NCBI GenBank assembly: GCA_022797215.1 | Contig: JAAWKD010000005.1 | Location: 2,198 to 66,197, forward strand | Length of the DNA stretch: 64,000 nt | Direction: 5' to 3' | Origin: Clostridia bacterium | GTDB taxonomy: Bacteria; Bacillota; Clostridia; TANB77; CAG-508 | Shown here: in pieces, positions 1-12,203 of the stretch | Layout of the letters: every line of letters begins with the position of its first letter | Numbering within the stretch: position 1 is the stretch's first letter | Notes under the pieces: generated by a model | Seen by the model: only the letters and a program-made list of their open reading frames with translations | Told to the model about the DNA's origin: nothing | The model's database searches: none | Translations under genes and position numbers: made by a program

Positions 1-858
1 CAGATTTTATATTGGTTTCTTTATCATATTTTCCACTTCTCAAAATATCAGCATATCCTATAATAGAAGTCATTGGGTTCTTTAATTCATGTGTAAAATT
101 GGTAATAAACTCTTCTTTTTGCTTTACCGAAAGTTCTAACTCATTTATTTTATTTTCAATTGTTTCTATCATTTGGTTAAAACTGATAGCAAGTTCCCCA
201 ATCTCATCATTTGACTTGATACTTACTCTCTCATGATAAGAACCTTTTGTTATTTTTTTGCTCATTTCATTTAATTTTCTAATTGGTTTCGTTAAAAATA
301 TCGCTAATACACATATAACAATAGACACAGTTATAATAACTGCTATATCCACTTTGTAAAAAAATGCAATTTGTCTATCCCTTTCTGTAAAAATATCTGT
401 TATATCATATCTACTGATTAGGATTACCCTTTGATTATTAATTTCCACACTAGAAGATACTAGCATATATTTTAGGCTATCTATCTCTTTTATTATATAT
501 TTAACTTCTTTTGCATTACTTAAAAATGCTAGACTTTCTTCATCTATATCAATATTTGAATATATCTTTTCATTTTCAATATAAATTGATATTTTTTTAC
601 TATTAGCTAAATAGGAAACAAAACTTATGGCATAACTACTCAATTTTTCCCTTGATATGTTTCCATTTTTATCAATATTGCTATCTATATTATTCTCTAT
701 TCCATATCTTTCTAAGTTATGAGACTCTACATTTTGATTCATCATTTTTTCTAATGAATGTTCAAAATTACTTTTTATAATGATTATACCTGCAAGCGAA
801 AAAATAATTGAAATAATTGCTATCACAGATATAACTATTTTTACTCCAAATTTCATTT
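1..858 (-). CDS. sensor histidine kinase (partial: N-terminal ~285 aa; the window edge truncates the C-terminus)
   Basis: The minus-strand translation that starts at the ATG at 856-858 (MKFGVKIVISVIAI...) contains a TM segment and a HisKA H-box (NFTHELKNPMTSIIGYADIL). Its start overlaps the stop of the upstream RR gene by 4 nt and it runs off the window start. The + strand ORF at 12..236 is spurious. Confidence 0.8.
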
Positions 859-1500
859 ACTTCTCCTAAATATATATCCTACTCCATGAATTGTCTTAAT
901 TCTCTCATTTAAGTCTAACTTTTTTCTTATTCTTTGTATATGGAGTGTTAATGTTTGAGAATCCAATTCTTCATCATTCCATACTTTCTGTAGTATCTCT
1001 TCTCTTTTTAGTGCTTTATCTTGGTTTTCATATAAATACAAGAATAAATCAAATTCTTTTGGTGTTAATTTTATTTCTTTTCCTTGACGTTTTATAATTC
1101 TACTTTCTAAATTAATTTGTATATCTCCTAGTTCTATCTTCTTATGACACCTTCTAATAACTGCATTTACCCTTGAAATTAGTTCCTCTACTTCAAAAGG
1201 TTTTACAATATAATCATCTGCTCCCATATCCAATCCTTTTATTCTATCTTTAAGTTGACCTTTGGCTGTTATAAATATAATTGGAAGTTCCATAGTTTTT
1301 GCATAATCTAGTAGTTCATATCCATTGAATTTTGGTAGCATAATATCTAGCAAAGCTAAATCATATTTTCCTGTTTCTATCAAATTTGCTCCTTTTTCTC
1401 CGTCTAAAGCATAGTCTACTTCATATCCTACATTTTTTAATGCAATACTTATCAAATCTACTATTGGAAATTCATCTTCAACTACCAAAATTTTAGTCAT
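853..1500 (-). CDS. OmpR-family two-component response regulator
   Basis: 215 aa. Receiver domain (VVEDE...LLDIMLP) plus winged-helix trans_reg_C (GYIFRRS). Confidence 0.9.
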   Translation of the reverse strand: MTKILVVEDEFPIVDLISIALKNVGYEVDYALDGEKGANLIETGKYDLALLDIMLPKFNGYELLDYAKTMELPIIFITAKGQLKDRIKGLDMGADDYIVKPFEVEELISRVNAVIRRCHKKIELGDIQINLESRIIKRQGKEIKLTPKEFDLFLYLYENQDKALKREEILQKVWNDEELDSQTLTLHIQRIRKKLDLNERIKTIHGVGYIFRRSK

Positions 1501-1537
1501 AATGATAACTTACTCCCTTCTAAATAACTTCTTATAG

Positions 1538-3923
1538 CTATAGATACCGTACTATAATTGGTATTATGATATAGAGCCATTTCAATTTTCCATCCATTAG
1601 TATTATTTTGCTTAAATTTAGTATCTTATTTATACTTAACACATTTAAAAATTTTATCCCCATTTGTGTTGCTAGCATAGGTATTAGCAAGATACTACTA
1701 GCAACTAATATGGTATAAGTTGTATTTTTTAGTTTTAATGAAATCCATAATATGAATAATACTATACTAATGAACATTATAAATCTTGTTAAATAGTTAA
1801 GAATGATAAATCCTATTATACTAATTCCAGGATACAAATTACTAAAATTAGGTATGCTTGTTATACTTGCTGTAATATTATCAAACCCATATATTTGTCC
1901 TATTTCAATAATTTCTGGTATGATACTAATTGCAAAAATAATCATACTTGTGATGAAACAAACTCCTATTTTTACTTTTGTAGTAATGTCTTTCCCCTTT
2001 GGTGTTGTGTTTAATATCTTGTTCATTCCATTTTTATATTCCATTACAAAAATTGCCGAAAAGACTATTTCTGCCATAACAATTAAATAAATATCACTTT
2101 CCAAAAAAGCATTTTTATTCATTCGCAATAATTGCTTATATCCTGTATCATAAACAAATTCTGCTTTTGGATTTTCCTTAATATGCTCATATTGCTTCAT
2201 TATTCTCAAAAATATGTCTTCTGTATTTAAAACTTCCTGATATGGTTCTTTATATTGAACCGCTTCTTCTCTACTTATTTCTCCCTTTTGTACTTTCTCT
2301 TCAATGTTTGCTATGGCAAGACTTGCCTTTTCAAACCTTTCTTGTTCTTCGTTTATTCTTTTCTCTTTTTCGGCTGTTAGTTCTCCACTAAATGTCTTCA
2401 TATAATTTCTATACATATTTTCACTAAAAGAAATATTTTTATTTACATGACTTAAACTGTATATTTGAAATATGGTAAAGAGTAGAAGAAGCATCCACAC
2501 TTTATTTATCACCATTAGCTTATATAATTCACACCAAAATATTTTGGTAAATATTCTAGGTTTGAGGATTGTAATATTTCTTAGCTTTTTCAATAAGCGA
2601 CTTTCTGTAAGTCCTAAGTCTTTTCTCTTGGTAAAAATCCATATATTTGCAAGTCCCAATAGAACTAGTAATATTATAGCAAAAAATAGACTTAATTGTA
2701 ATACATTTTGCATATTTCCCATAATATTCAAATTCATATGTGTTTTATAGATACCATTTACTTCTACTAGATTGATAAGGTTAACTACTCTAAATACATT
2801 ATATTTTGAAATTGGATCTATTGTTGTATATCCGTAAAAAGCTAATACCAAAAATTAAAATTAAAGCCATATAATTTGAAACATTATTTTTTGCTAGATT
2901 AGAGATGAGTAATATAATAAGTGATATGATAAAAAATACAGCTATTTTGGTAATGAAGAATAAGGCAATATATCCTCCAATGCTTATTGGTAAAGTAGAA
3001 TAGAGAAATGTATTGATCGATTGTAAATTTGCACTTAAGTTTCCATATCCTATTGTTATAGCATAATAAATAAAGTTTATGCTATATAAGATTAGTGAGA
3101 TAGCAAAAATCAAAATAAACATTACAAAAATTTTAGCTAAAATAGTTTTGCCTCTTCCATTTTTTGTACTTTTTATCAGTGGAAATAAATTCTTTTCTCT
3201 TTCTTCATATATGATTATAGTAGATATTACAAATATTAAAAGAATTATGAGAATATCGGTTATTCCCATTTTGGTAAAACTATTTATCCCTTTGGCAGGA
3301 ATAAATTCTAACTCCGTATCAAGCATTTTTTCATAATTTTGGGCTGTATCTTTAATGTTCTTATTAGAAAAATCATCTTGTGTTTCTTGGAAGATTGAAA
3401 TTGTTTCTAAGTTTTCTGCTTTTTCTAAAATTTCACTGATAATTTGTTTATAGTTTTTACATTCCTCATATTCTCTTTTTATTTCCTTCAAAAAAGCAAG
3501 TTCTTTTGCTTCATCTCCAGTATATTTATAACCTCCAGTTGGATATTCATTTATGTATTTATCATAAAGTTCTTTGTTCTCGTTTTTTAAAGTTTCTGCA
3601 AATTCTCTTATATACGCATCATCACTATTTTTATTGTTTACTATATTACTTATTATACTAAAGGCATTATTTTTTTCATATTCTTTGCTTATTAGTTCTT
3701 GCTTTTCTAGTTCTGATAAATCCTTTATTTCTTCGTTTAAGATTTTATAGGCTGAATATGGGATTTCATCCTTTTTTGCAATATTTTGTGTATAAATCAA
3801 TAGTACAATATTTGCTAATATAAATACCATTAATGTATATAAAAATAGTTTACTTGTGAATATTTTTAAGAATTCATGTTTTATTATTTTACCCAATTGA
3901 TTTCTCCCTCCTTTATTCTCCAA
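1538..3923 (-). pseudogene. large duplicated ABC-type permease (~790 aa) split by a +1 frameshift at 2831-2834
   Basis: ORFs 2799..3923 (374 aa) and 1538..2851 (437 aa) each show N-terminal TM, a large extracytoplasmic loop and 5 TMs. Deleting one base in TTA-C-GGA-TAT (plus tccg at 2831-2834) joins ...GISFL to GYTTIDPISKY... in frame. Confidence 0.7.
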
Positions 3924-4627
3924 AAATATTCATATATACATCTTCCAAATCGCCATTTTCAGCATACTTCCTTATCAATTCTTCTGGTGTATTTTTTTCT
4001 CTTAAAATTCCGTCTTTCAAAATAATAATCTCATTTGCAATGTTTTCTATATCTGGAACTATATGTGTTGCAATAATGACAATTTTGCCTTTTGCAAGTT
4101 CACTCATTATTTTTTTCACTCTAATTCTTTCTTTTGGATCTAGTCCTGCTGTAGGCTCGTCAAATATAAGTAACTTTGGATTTCCTATAATAGTTGCTGC
4201 AATTAGCAATCTTTGTTTCATTCCTCCTGAATACATCCCAATTTTTTTGCCTAGTTCATCTTGTAAGTTAACACTTTTACTCACTTTTTGAATTTGCATT
4301 TCTATTTCTTCTTTTGGGACCTCTTTTAATACTGCAATATAATTTAAAAATCTTTTTGCTGTAAATCCATTGTATAATCCTTGCCCTTGTGGCATGTATC
4401 CTAATATTTCTCTATATTTTGCACCTAGTGACTTACTTTCTTGTCCATTCCATAGTATTTTTCCACTGTCTAGTTTTAAGTTATCTGTTATAATATTCAT
4501 TAAGGTACTCTTTCCTGCTCCATTTGGTCCGAAGTAGTCCATATAATCCATTTTCTAGTTTTAAATTTATATTATCTAGCACCTTTTTTTCCTTGTAGCT
4601 TTTGCTTAAATTAACTATTTCTAACAT
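3913..4627 (-). pseudogene. ABC transporter ATP-binding protein, +1 frameshift at 4528-4531
   Basis: N-terminus MLEIVNLSKSYKEKKVLDNINLKLENGLYGLL sits in the frame of ORF 4481..4756, with the ATG at 4625-4627 and an RBS GGAGAA. Walker A GPNGAGKST and the rest are in the frame of ORF 3913..4551. The junction is CTT-C-GGA-CCA. Confidence 0.8.
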
Positions 4628-4647
4628 AGTTTGTTCTCCTTGTTCTT

Positions 4648-6001
4648 TTATGTATTTTTTATGTCTATATATTTTGGTTTTGAACTCCAGTAATCTTCTT
4701 TTTTCATTAATGCATAGTTTATTCTTTCTATATCTTGCTGTTTTGTTCCTGCCCAAGTTGTGTATTCAGCTCCTAACTCATAACCTTTTCTTACAAAGTA
4801 AAATTCTTTGTTTTCCGCTAATATTTCTACTAAATATCCATTTTTATCAAATAGTTTCATTTCTTTACTCTCTTTTGTTTCTAAATCGATATAGTATGCT
4901 TTATCCACTTTTCCTTCACTTCCTGTATAGTAGATGTACTGCAATTTATTATCATATATTCCATTTAGAGTTACCCCTTCTTTTGGTAACTTACATAATG
5001 TTTGTTTTTGTTTTGTTTCTAAATCTATATACTCTATTTTTTGACCTTTGTGTGCTATAAAATAAACCTTTCCATTTTCATATTGTATATCCTCTATATT
5101 TTGGTAAATATCTTGATAAATTTCTTTTTCTGTTTTACTAGATACATCAAATAGTTTTATTTTTTTAGTAGAATTTCTTAAATTATTGATATAGGCATTA
5201 TCATTATTTAAAAATTCCTCTGGATCTTGTTTATATACAATTTCTTCTAGCACTATCTTTTTATTATATACTCCGAATCATTTTTCTATTTTTACTGTCT
5301 AATAGTTCTTCATATTTTTTGGTTTCTAAATTTATTTTGACTAATTCTCTGTCTGTTTCTATGGATGTATAAGAATTTTTGGATAATTCTACTGTTTTAT
5401 TTTTGGAAAAGAAGGTATATAAATTGTTTCCTTCAAATATAAAACTGGAACCGAGTTCTACTCCTGATGGACATTCAAATAATTTAGTTTTATTGGTACC
5501 ATCTAAATTCATTCTATATATACTTGGTGTTTTCCCTCCTCCTTCTGATATAGAGGTACCCTCTTCACCCATTGTGGCACTCATTATTGTAGTACTTCCA
5601 GAACCTGATATTAAATATAAGTAGTTATTATATACAAATAAATCATTTGCTTCTGCTATATCTAAATAGGAACTACATTCTTTTGTGTCATGTTTACAAT
5701 TTGGTTTGTTACATAAATAAATTTCTTTTTTAGCAGAATAATCGAAGAATTTTATATTGTTTCCGTCATCCCCATTATCAATATAATAATAGCCTTTATC
5801 AAAATTGCTTATTTGCCCTGGTTCGATATATACCATTTTTTCATTTTTGTCTTTTGCGTTAGAAGATACTTTTGAATTACCTTTTAAACTTTCTAAATTT
5901 TCATCTCCTATTTTGGATTTATCTTCCTTAGGAATTAAAAGAATTCCTATTCCTCCTAATAGAACGACTACCATAATTACTAAACCTACCTTTTTTAACA
6001 T
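4648..6001 (-). pseudogene. secreted DUF5050-like beta-propeller protein (~446 aa), +1 frameshift at 5272-5275
   Basis: N-terminal signal/TM, then repeated YY.D / IYRMNLDGTNKTKL propeller-type motifs. ORFs 5264..6001 and 4648..5253 join in frame if one base is removed from ATT-C-GGA-GTA. Confidence 0.6.
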
Positions 6002-6261
6002 GTTTTTTCCTCCTCAAATCTATAAAATAGCATAAAAAATATTTCAATGCTAAGTTTATTTTAGCATTGAAATATATCTAAAATATATCTATTATCTTTG
6101 TTGGAATAAATAATATAATAATATTTTATTATATCATCCTTTTTTTGCTTAATTTGATATAAATTTCATCTTAAAAATTAAGCAGTATTATAGAGTTTCT
6201 ATCACTTTGTATAATAAGAACTTGTAAGTTCTCGTTTAGTTAATATTTTTTTTAATTATAA

Positions 6262-6305
6262 AAAACTTCAGTATTGTTTAAATTATTACTACAACACTGA
6301 AGTTT
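6262..6305 (-). terminator. rho-independent terminator (bidirectional hairpin)
   Basis: aacttcagtattg...caacactgaagtt forms a 12-bp stem flanked by A/T runs, downstream of the small gene at 6336..6514. Confidence 0.6.
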
Positions 6306-6335
6306 CTTGTTCATTTGAACCTCTTATGGAATATA

Positions 6336-6514
6336 TTACTTTTTAGTAAATACCAGTATAGAGTCTGTGAATGCAGCAGGATTATTGTCCTTACTTTGAA
6401 TTGCTACAAAAGTAAGCTCAAAGCCCTCTGCATTCAATTCTTCCGTAATCTTTTTAATATTCTCTGCACAAATAGGAACATCTGCTCCTCCTGTACTCGC
6501 TATTCTTTGTTCCA
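6336..6514 (-). CDS. small hypothetical protein (59 aa)
   Basis: MEQRIASTGGADVPICAENIKKITEELNAEGFEL... is preceded by the RBS AAGGAGG. The longer 88-aa ORF in the track is probably an N-terminal over-extension. Confidence 0.5.
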
Positions 6515-6613
6515 TAAGATAATCCTCCTTAAAATTCTTTAATTTTCTTAGAGGTTCAAATCGCAATGTCATTATTATACTAGTTTTATAACAAAAAAGC
6601 AAATTGCTCTATC

Positions 6614-8515
6614 CTAGTCTTCTAACAAAGTACTTAGTTCTTCCCATTCTGTCATTTTTTCTTCTATTACTTGCTCTATTTCAATAATTTGGTCTTGTAT
6701 CTCTTTTAGCTTTACATAGTCTGTACAAATCTCTTCCTTTTGCATTTCTTGCTTTAGTTCTTCTATTTCTTGCTCTTTTTGCTCTATTTCATTTTCTAAC
6801 TTCTTAATCCTATTTTTTCTCTTTGTCATCTCTTTATTTTGCAAATACTGATTGTTACTACTGCTTTTCACTTTTGTAACAACTTCCTTTACCTTTTCCT
6901 CTTGTTGTTGGCTCTCTTTGTATTCACAATATTGCTCATAGTTACCATTAAAGTAGAATACTCCCTCTGGTTCAAAGGCTAATATACAGTTCGCTATTTT
7001 GTTGACAAAGTATCTATCATGTGAAACAAATACTAAAGTTCCTTGATATTCTTTTAAGATATTTTCTAAACTTTCTTTTCCCACAATATCCATATGGTTA
7101 GTAGGCTCATCTAAGAATAGCAAGTTAGCCTCTTTCTTGAAAATCTTGCACAATTGCAAACGTACCTTTTCTCCTCCAGATAGCACCTTTATTTCCTTAA
7201 AAACATCTTCTCCTGAAAAAAGAAAAGTACCTAGAATCTGTCTAGTTTTAGTTGTTCCTAAGTCTGGGAATTCTTTACTAAAATCGTCAAAAATGGTAGC
7301 TTCTGGATCTAAAAATTCCATTTGCTGGTCAAAATATTCCTTTTTCACATGATAGCCGTATTCATATTCTCCACTTATTTTTGGAATATATCCCATTAGA
7401 GTTTTTAATAAGGTAGACTTTCCTTTTCCATTTTCTCCAATAATACCAAGCTTTTGTCCTTTATATAGTTCAAAAGATACTTCAGCTAATGGCTTATCAT
7501 ACCCTACTTGTAACTTTTTAGCAGATAACACTAAACTACCACTTTCTACTGGAATATGGAAATTGGTATGAAATGTCCTTAAATCATATTTACTTGGCTC
7601 ATCTATGATTTTCATATGCTCAATTTGCTTTAGTTTTGACATTGCCATTTTCGCCTTTGATGGCTTATATCGAAATCTGTCTGCAATAGTTTGTAAACGT
7701 TTAATTTCTTTTTGTTGGTATTCATAATCCTTTAACTGCTTTTCATAATCTTCTCTTTTTTTCTTCTCAAAAAAGGTATAGTTACCTGAATATTCTGTCA
7801 TAGTTGCATATTCTATTTCATACACTTTGTTCACAATTTTATCTAAAAACATTCTATCATGTGATACAATCACAACTGCTTTATTATAGTTTCTTAAATA
7901 CCCTTCTAACCATTCTATTGTTGAAATGTCTAAATGATTAGTAGGTTCGTCTAATAGCAAAATATCTGGATTGCTTAGTAATAATTTGATAAATGCAATT
8001 TTCGTTCTTTGACCACCTGAAAATTCACTAATCTTTTTTTCTTTATCTTGCTTGGTAAAACCAAATTTTTGTATAGCTGTTTCATATTCTTTTCGATAAG
8101 TATATCCACCTTGTATCTCATATCTTTCTAAAGCATTTGTATATTCTTTAATCAATTTATCATCTGTTTGAGTTTGTAATTTTTTTTGCAAATCATTGAT
8201 TTTTTTCTCTAAGCTAATGATATCTTGATAGGATTTTAAAACCTCTTGCAAAAAGGTACTGTTAGGATCTTCAAATTCAATTTGTTTTAAATACCCAATT
8301 GTTGGTGCACCTTGCTTATATACTCCAAATTTATCTTCTCCAATGCCTTCTTCTAGCATTTCGTTATCTACAATGGATTTTAACAAAGTCGTTTTTCCAC
8401 ATCCGTTTTTTCCTACAATTGCAATTTTATCTTTTTCTTTTATTTCAAAATTAATTTCCTCTAGTATGGTATCTGCTCCATATGATATTGCTCCGTTTAT
8501 AATTCTGTAATTCAT
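6614..8515 (-). CDS. ABC-F family ATPase (Uup/EttA-like, two ABC domains plus C-terminal coiled coil)
   Basis: 633 aa. Two Walker A motifs (GKNGCGKTT, GENGKGKST), two LSGG signatures, no TM, and a charged coiled-coil C-terminal domain. Confidence 0.85.
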   Translation of the reverse strand: MNYRIINGAISYGADTILEEINFEIKEKDKIAIVGKNGCGKTTLLKSIVDNEMLEEGIGEDKFGVYKQGAPTIGYLKQIEFEDPNSTFLQEVLKSYQDIISLEKKINDLQKKLQTQTDDKLIKEYTNALERYEIQGGYTYRKEYETAIQKFGFTKQDKEKKISEFSGGQRTKIAFIKLLLSNPDILLLDEPTNHLDISTIEWLEGYLRNYNKAVVIVSHDRMFLDKIVNKVYEIEYATMTEYSGNYTFFEKKKREDYEKQLKDYEYQQKEIKRLQTIADRFRYKPSKAKMAMSKLKQIEHMKIIDEPSKYDLRTFHTNFHIPVESGSLVLSAKKLQVGYDKPLAEVSFELYKGQKLGIIGENGKGKSTLLKTLMGYIPKISGEYEYGYHVKKEYFDQQMEFLDPEATIFDDFSKEFPDLGTTKTRQILGTFLFSGEDVFKEIKVLSGGEKVRLQLCKIFKKEANLLFLDEPTNHMDIVGKESLENILKEYQGTLVFVSHDRYFVNKIANCILAFEPEGVFYFNGNYEQYCEYKESQQQEEKVKEVVTKVKSSSNNQYLQNKEMTKRKNRIKKLENEIEQKEQEIEELKQEMQKEEICTDYVKLKEIQDQIIEIEQVIEEKMTEWEELSTLLED

Positions 8516-8603
8516 AGTTTGCTCCTTGTTTTATCTTTTGCACTATTATATCCTTTTTTATCTAAAAAAACAATGCTATGAATTTTCTAGCATTGTTTCT
8601 ATT

Positions 8604-9152
8604 TTAATTAAATACAGGTTGTTTCTTTCTAAAATAATCCTGTAGTTTTCCTTGATATATTGGCTTTACATTCTTTAATTTTGTAAAATCTTCTGGTTTA
8701 ATAAGTTCTGGTAAATTCGTTTCTATTTCTTGGCTTTCAATCACATATTTCACAAATTCAGCACAATAAAAGGAGTTTCTTCGTTGTATCTTTTTGTGAA
8801 TCGCTACTGAAAATAGTCCTAAAATATTAAATTTATATTGTTCTTTATTTACTGCAAACTTTTCAATTAATTCTTTCATACCTTCATATTGCTCATCTGT
8901 TACTTGAAAAGTATATATCATAGCTTCTGCCTCTTGAAATCTTTTGAAAAATCCTTCCTTTGAACTTTCTTCTACAAATCCTGCAAAAAATGGATTATAT
9001 GGATTTCTTCTACCAAAAGAATACATTTTATCACTATCAATATCCAAAGCAATTGACACATGTGAATATCTTTTTTTGGTATAAAATTTAATAATCCTAG
9101 ATAATACTGTTCCTGAATGTGTTAACACAATATAGATATCTTTCATTTTCAT
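8604..9152 (-). CDS. YiiX-like permuted papain-fold (DUF830) protein
   Basis: His-before-Cys order: SHVSIAL ... FYCAEFV (CSEFV-type motif). 182 aa. Confidence 0.45.
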   Translation of the reverse strand: MKMKDIYIVLTHSGTVLSRIIKFYTKKRYSHVSIALDIDSDKMYSFGRRNPYNPFFAGFVEESSKEGFFKRFQEAEAMIYTFQVTDEQYEGMKELIEKFAVNKEQYKFNILGLFSVAIHKKIQRRNSFYCAEFVKYVIESQEIETNLPELIKPEDFTKLKNVKPIYQGKLQDYFRKKQPVFN

Positions 9153-9247
9153 TCTTCTTTCTTTTGCATATTTCCCCTTATATATTCACTATACTCATTT
9201 TTTATGGCAAAGTCAAGACTTCTATATAAAAATCCAGTTTTTGACAA

Positions 9248-10012
9248 TTATAACTCTAATAAATAATTCTTTCTTTCAAAAGTATAGATTGGTACTGTTC
9301 TTCTTTTATGTTTAGAAACCTGATATCTTCTTATAATCTCCTGTTTTGCCGTTTCATCTGTTGTTCCTGTTTCTATCATTTCTGCTACTTGGCTATATTG
9401 GATTCCCATTTTTTCCTCATCTGTTTGTCCACCTAAGCCATCACTTGGTACTTTTTGTAATATCTTTTCTGGAACTCCTAACATTTTTCCAATTGCAAAA
9501 ACTTCTTCTACTGTAAAATTTCCAATTGGATTAAAATCAGAACTATTATCTCCCCATTTTGTAGTATATCCAACCATTGCTTCACAAAGATTACCTGTTC
9601 CAATTACCAAATATCCTAAAGTTTGTGCAATACTATATAAGGTAGTCATCCTTAATCTTGGTTTTATGTTGATCATTGCTTCTTGTGTTAAGCTTTGAGG
9701 AATTTGGCAATTTATTTCATTTTCCATTTCTTGATATGTATTACTTAAATCTACTTTTAGAATCGGTACTTCAAAAGCTTCTGCCACAAGCTTTGCGTCT
9801 TCTAAGTCTGTTTGTTTAGAAAAACATGGCATTGCTACTGAAAGTACTTTTTCTTTTCCAATTGCTTCTACAGCCATAGCCAAGACAGTAGCGGAGTCTT
9901 TGCCTCCGCTATTTCCTATTACAATTCCATTTGCACCTATTTTTTCTACATATTTCCTAATCCACTCAATAGCATTTTGAGTTTCCTGCTCTAATGTTGA
10001 TTTATCTAACAT
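9248..10012 (-). CDS. nadE: NH3-dependent NAD+ synthetase
   Basis: PP-loop SGGKDS, 254 aa, NadE-like throughout. Confidence 0.9.
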   Translation of the reverse strand: MLDKSTLEQETQNAIEWIRKYVEKIGANGIVIGNSGGKDSATVLAMAVEAIGKEKVLSVAMPCFSKQTDLEDAKLVAEAFEVPILKVDLSNTYQEMENEINCQIPQSLTQEAMINIKPRLRMTTLYSIAQTLGYLVIGTGNLCEAMVGYTTKWGDNSSDFNPIGNFTVEEVFAIGKMLGVPEKILQKVPSDGLGGQTDEEKMGIQYSQVAEMIETGTTDETAKQEIIRRYQVSKHKRRTVPIYTFERKNYLLEL

Positions 10013-10024
10013 GTTTTCTCCTCT

Positions 10025-10631
10025 TTATTGATATAGCTTATTTTCTAAAATATAGGTAACAACTTCAGGTGGAGTTAAGTATGTAATGCTTTTTCCTTCT
10101 TTTATTTTATTCCTTACATAAGTAGAACTTAGATTGCTCGTGACTTCTTTAGATAGAGTATAGAAAGCCTTACTGTGTGCTTCTAATATTGGATTGCTTT
10201 GTATAATATCCTTTATGCTATCCTTGTCTCTTTTTAGCACATATATTTTATAATTTTTCAGTAATGTTTGTACTTCTTTCCATGTATCCAGAGTTTTTAG
10301 ATTGTCACTTCCGTATCATAAATGCAATTTCATAGTTTGGATATTGTTCTTGTAATCTTTGTAATGTTTCAATTGTATACAACGGCCTTTGGCTATCTAT
10401 TTCTATAGTAGATACTTCAAACTCCTCATTTTTATCACATACCATCTTTAACATTTGATATCTATGCTTATTACTAATTAATTCTGCTTTTTCATATAAA
10501 CTATTTTCTGGAACAAATACTACCTTTTCTACTTCTTCATTTTCATTTATTATTTGCTCAGCTAATGAAAAATGCGAATTAAGTGGTGGATTAAATGCTC
10601 CTCCAAACATAACAATCTGCTTTTTTTGCAT
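10025..10631 (-). pseudogene. nadD: nicotinate-nucleotide adenylyltransferase, +1 frameshift at 10310-10313
   Basis: N-terminal fragment 10305..10631 (FGGAFNPPLNSH) stops after FMIRK. A 1-base deletion in ATA-C-GGA-AGT restores FMIGSDNLKTLDTWKEV... into the C-terminal fragment 10025..10240 (SSTYVRNKIKEGKS). Confidence 0.85.
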
Positions 10632-10645
10632 ATTTTCTTCCTCTA

Positions 10646-11269
10646 CTAGTCTTGTGAAAATATTAATGAATTAATGATAAATGCTCCTACTTCTTGCCAT
10701 TCTTCTTGTAATTCTTTTGTACAATTAAAACTTACTACTCTAAACTTTTCATTACATGAGAATATCATCATATGATTATAGATATCCGTATCTGGTGCCT
10801 TTGAAATAAATTGTATTTGTCCAATGGTATGTCCTTCTTTTTCTTTTGTTCCACTTTCTAACACTTCATATTGAGCACCTAATTGTGCTTTCATACTTTC
10901 TAGAAACGTTCCAATTGCTTCATTGCTCATTTGTGTATTTGTAATACTTATAGCCACATTTACTGTAGTTTCTTCATTTGTATATGCAAAAGTTGGTGGA
11001 TTCTCATTAACATATTTTTTCTTAAGAGTTTTTGCATCCATTAGTTTAAATTCTTTTGGTAGCTTTAAATAAAACTCTCCATTTTCAAAATTCATATATC
11101 CTAATTCTATTGCCTTTCCGCTTTTCGTAGTAAGGTCAAAAGTATTTAATATTTCTTCTTCCTTTTTCAATTCCTCAGCCTTTTTATTAAAATGGTTTTG
11201 GACTACTAATAATGTAGCAACTATAGCAATTGCTAAAATAATGATACTCATAAATATTACTTTTTTCAT
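10646..11269 (-). CDS. hypothetical membrane-anchored extracytoplasmic protein
   Basis: N-terminal signal anchor MKKVIFMSIIILAIAIVATLLVV. No recognisable domain. Confidence 0.5.
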   Translation of the reverse strand: MKKVIFMSIIILAIAIVATLLVVQNHFNKKAEELKKEEEILNTFDLTTKSGKAIELGYMNFENGEFYLKLPKEFKLMDAKTLKKKYVNENPPTFAYTNEETTVNVAISITNTQMSNEAIGTFLESMKAQLGAQYEVLESGTKEKEGHTIGQIQFISKAPDTDIYNHMMIFSCNEKFRVVSFNCTKELQEEWQEVGAFIINSLIFSQD

Positions 11270-11404
11270 TTGCTTTTTTCTCCTTTTTATTTATCCTATT
11301 TCATATTTTGAATATACCATAAAAGAAACAAGTTGTCCATATCCTTTATATTAAAAATAAGCTAAAATTAGTAGAATACAACTACTTTTTAGCCTATTTT
11401 TCTT

Positions 11405-12203
11405 TTACCCTAAAGCTACATCTAATACCATCATTAATACAAAGCCTGCAATTAGCCCTAAAGTTGCTAAATTCTTGTTTTCTTGTATAGATTCTGGCAA
11501 CAGTTCTCTTGCAGCTACTGCTATCATAGCACCTGCTGCAAAGGCTAGTAAAAATGGTAACACACTTCTTACTGTTAGCACTAATACTACACCTATTACT
11601 GCTGCAATAGGTTCTACTAATCCTGATGCCTGACCATACATAAAGCTTTTAAATCTTGAAAATCCTTCACTTCTTAGTGGCAATGATACAGCTGCACCTT
11701 CTGGGAAATTTTGAATTCCTATTCCAACTGCAAGCATTAACGCTGCAACCAAACTCATTCCTGGTGTTCCACTTGCAATTCCTCCAAATGCTACCCCTAT
11801 TGCCATTCCTTCTGGTATGTTGTGGATAGTAATAGCTGATATTAGAAGAATACTCTTTTTTAAAGAAGCGGCACTTCTTAAGTTGGTTCTTCCCTTTAGT
11901 ACCTTGTCTAAAAATTTATCAGATAATAATACAAATAAACCTCCTATGGTAAATCCAAGTGCTGGAAGTAACCATGCTATGTATCCGAAGTTCCTCTGAC
12001 AATTCTATGGCAGGTGCTAGTAATGACCAAAAAGATGCTGCAACCATAACTCCTGCACTAAATCCCAAAATAGTGTTTAATACTTTACGATTAACTTCTT
12101 TAAAGAAACATACTGTAAGTGACCCTAATGCAGTTACACCCCATGTGAATATTGTTGCTAGTAACGCTTGAATGGCAGGATTTAACTCTTCAAACCAATT
12201 CAC
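11405..12203 (-). pseudogene. zupT: ZIP-family zinc transporter ZupT, +1 frameshift at 11984-11987
   Basis: N-terminal fragment 11919..12203 (MNWFEELNPAIQALL...SLLAPAIELSEEL) and C-terminal fragment 11405..11806 (MAIGVAFGG...) join as ...EELGYIAWLPALGFTIGG... when one base is removed from CTT-C-GGA-TAC. Confidence 0.85.

Noticed and set aside
12-236. Plus-strand ORF (74 aa) at the window start
   Set aside because: It lies inside the minus-strand histidine-kinase coding region, and its translation is low-complexity.
6336-6602. 88-aa version of the small ORF
   Set aside because: The internal Met (MEQRIAS) has a canonical AAGGAGG RBS, so the upstream extension is probably untranslated.
6614-8515. 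ABC-F as an antibiotic-resistance (ARE) determinant
   Set aside because: The domain architecture with a C-terminal coiled coil looks like a housekeeping Uup/EttA-type protein. Nothing in the sequence alone distinguishes an ARE subclass, so no resistance claim is made.
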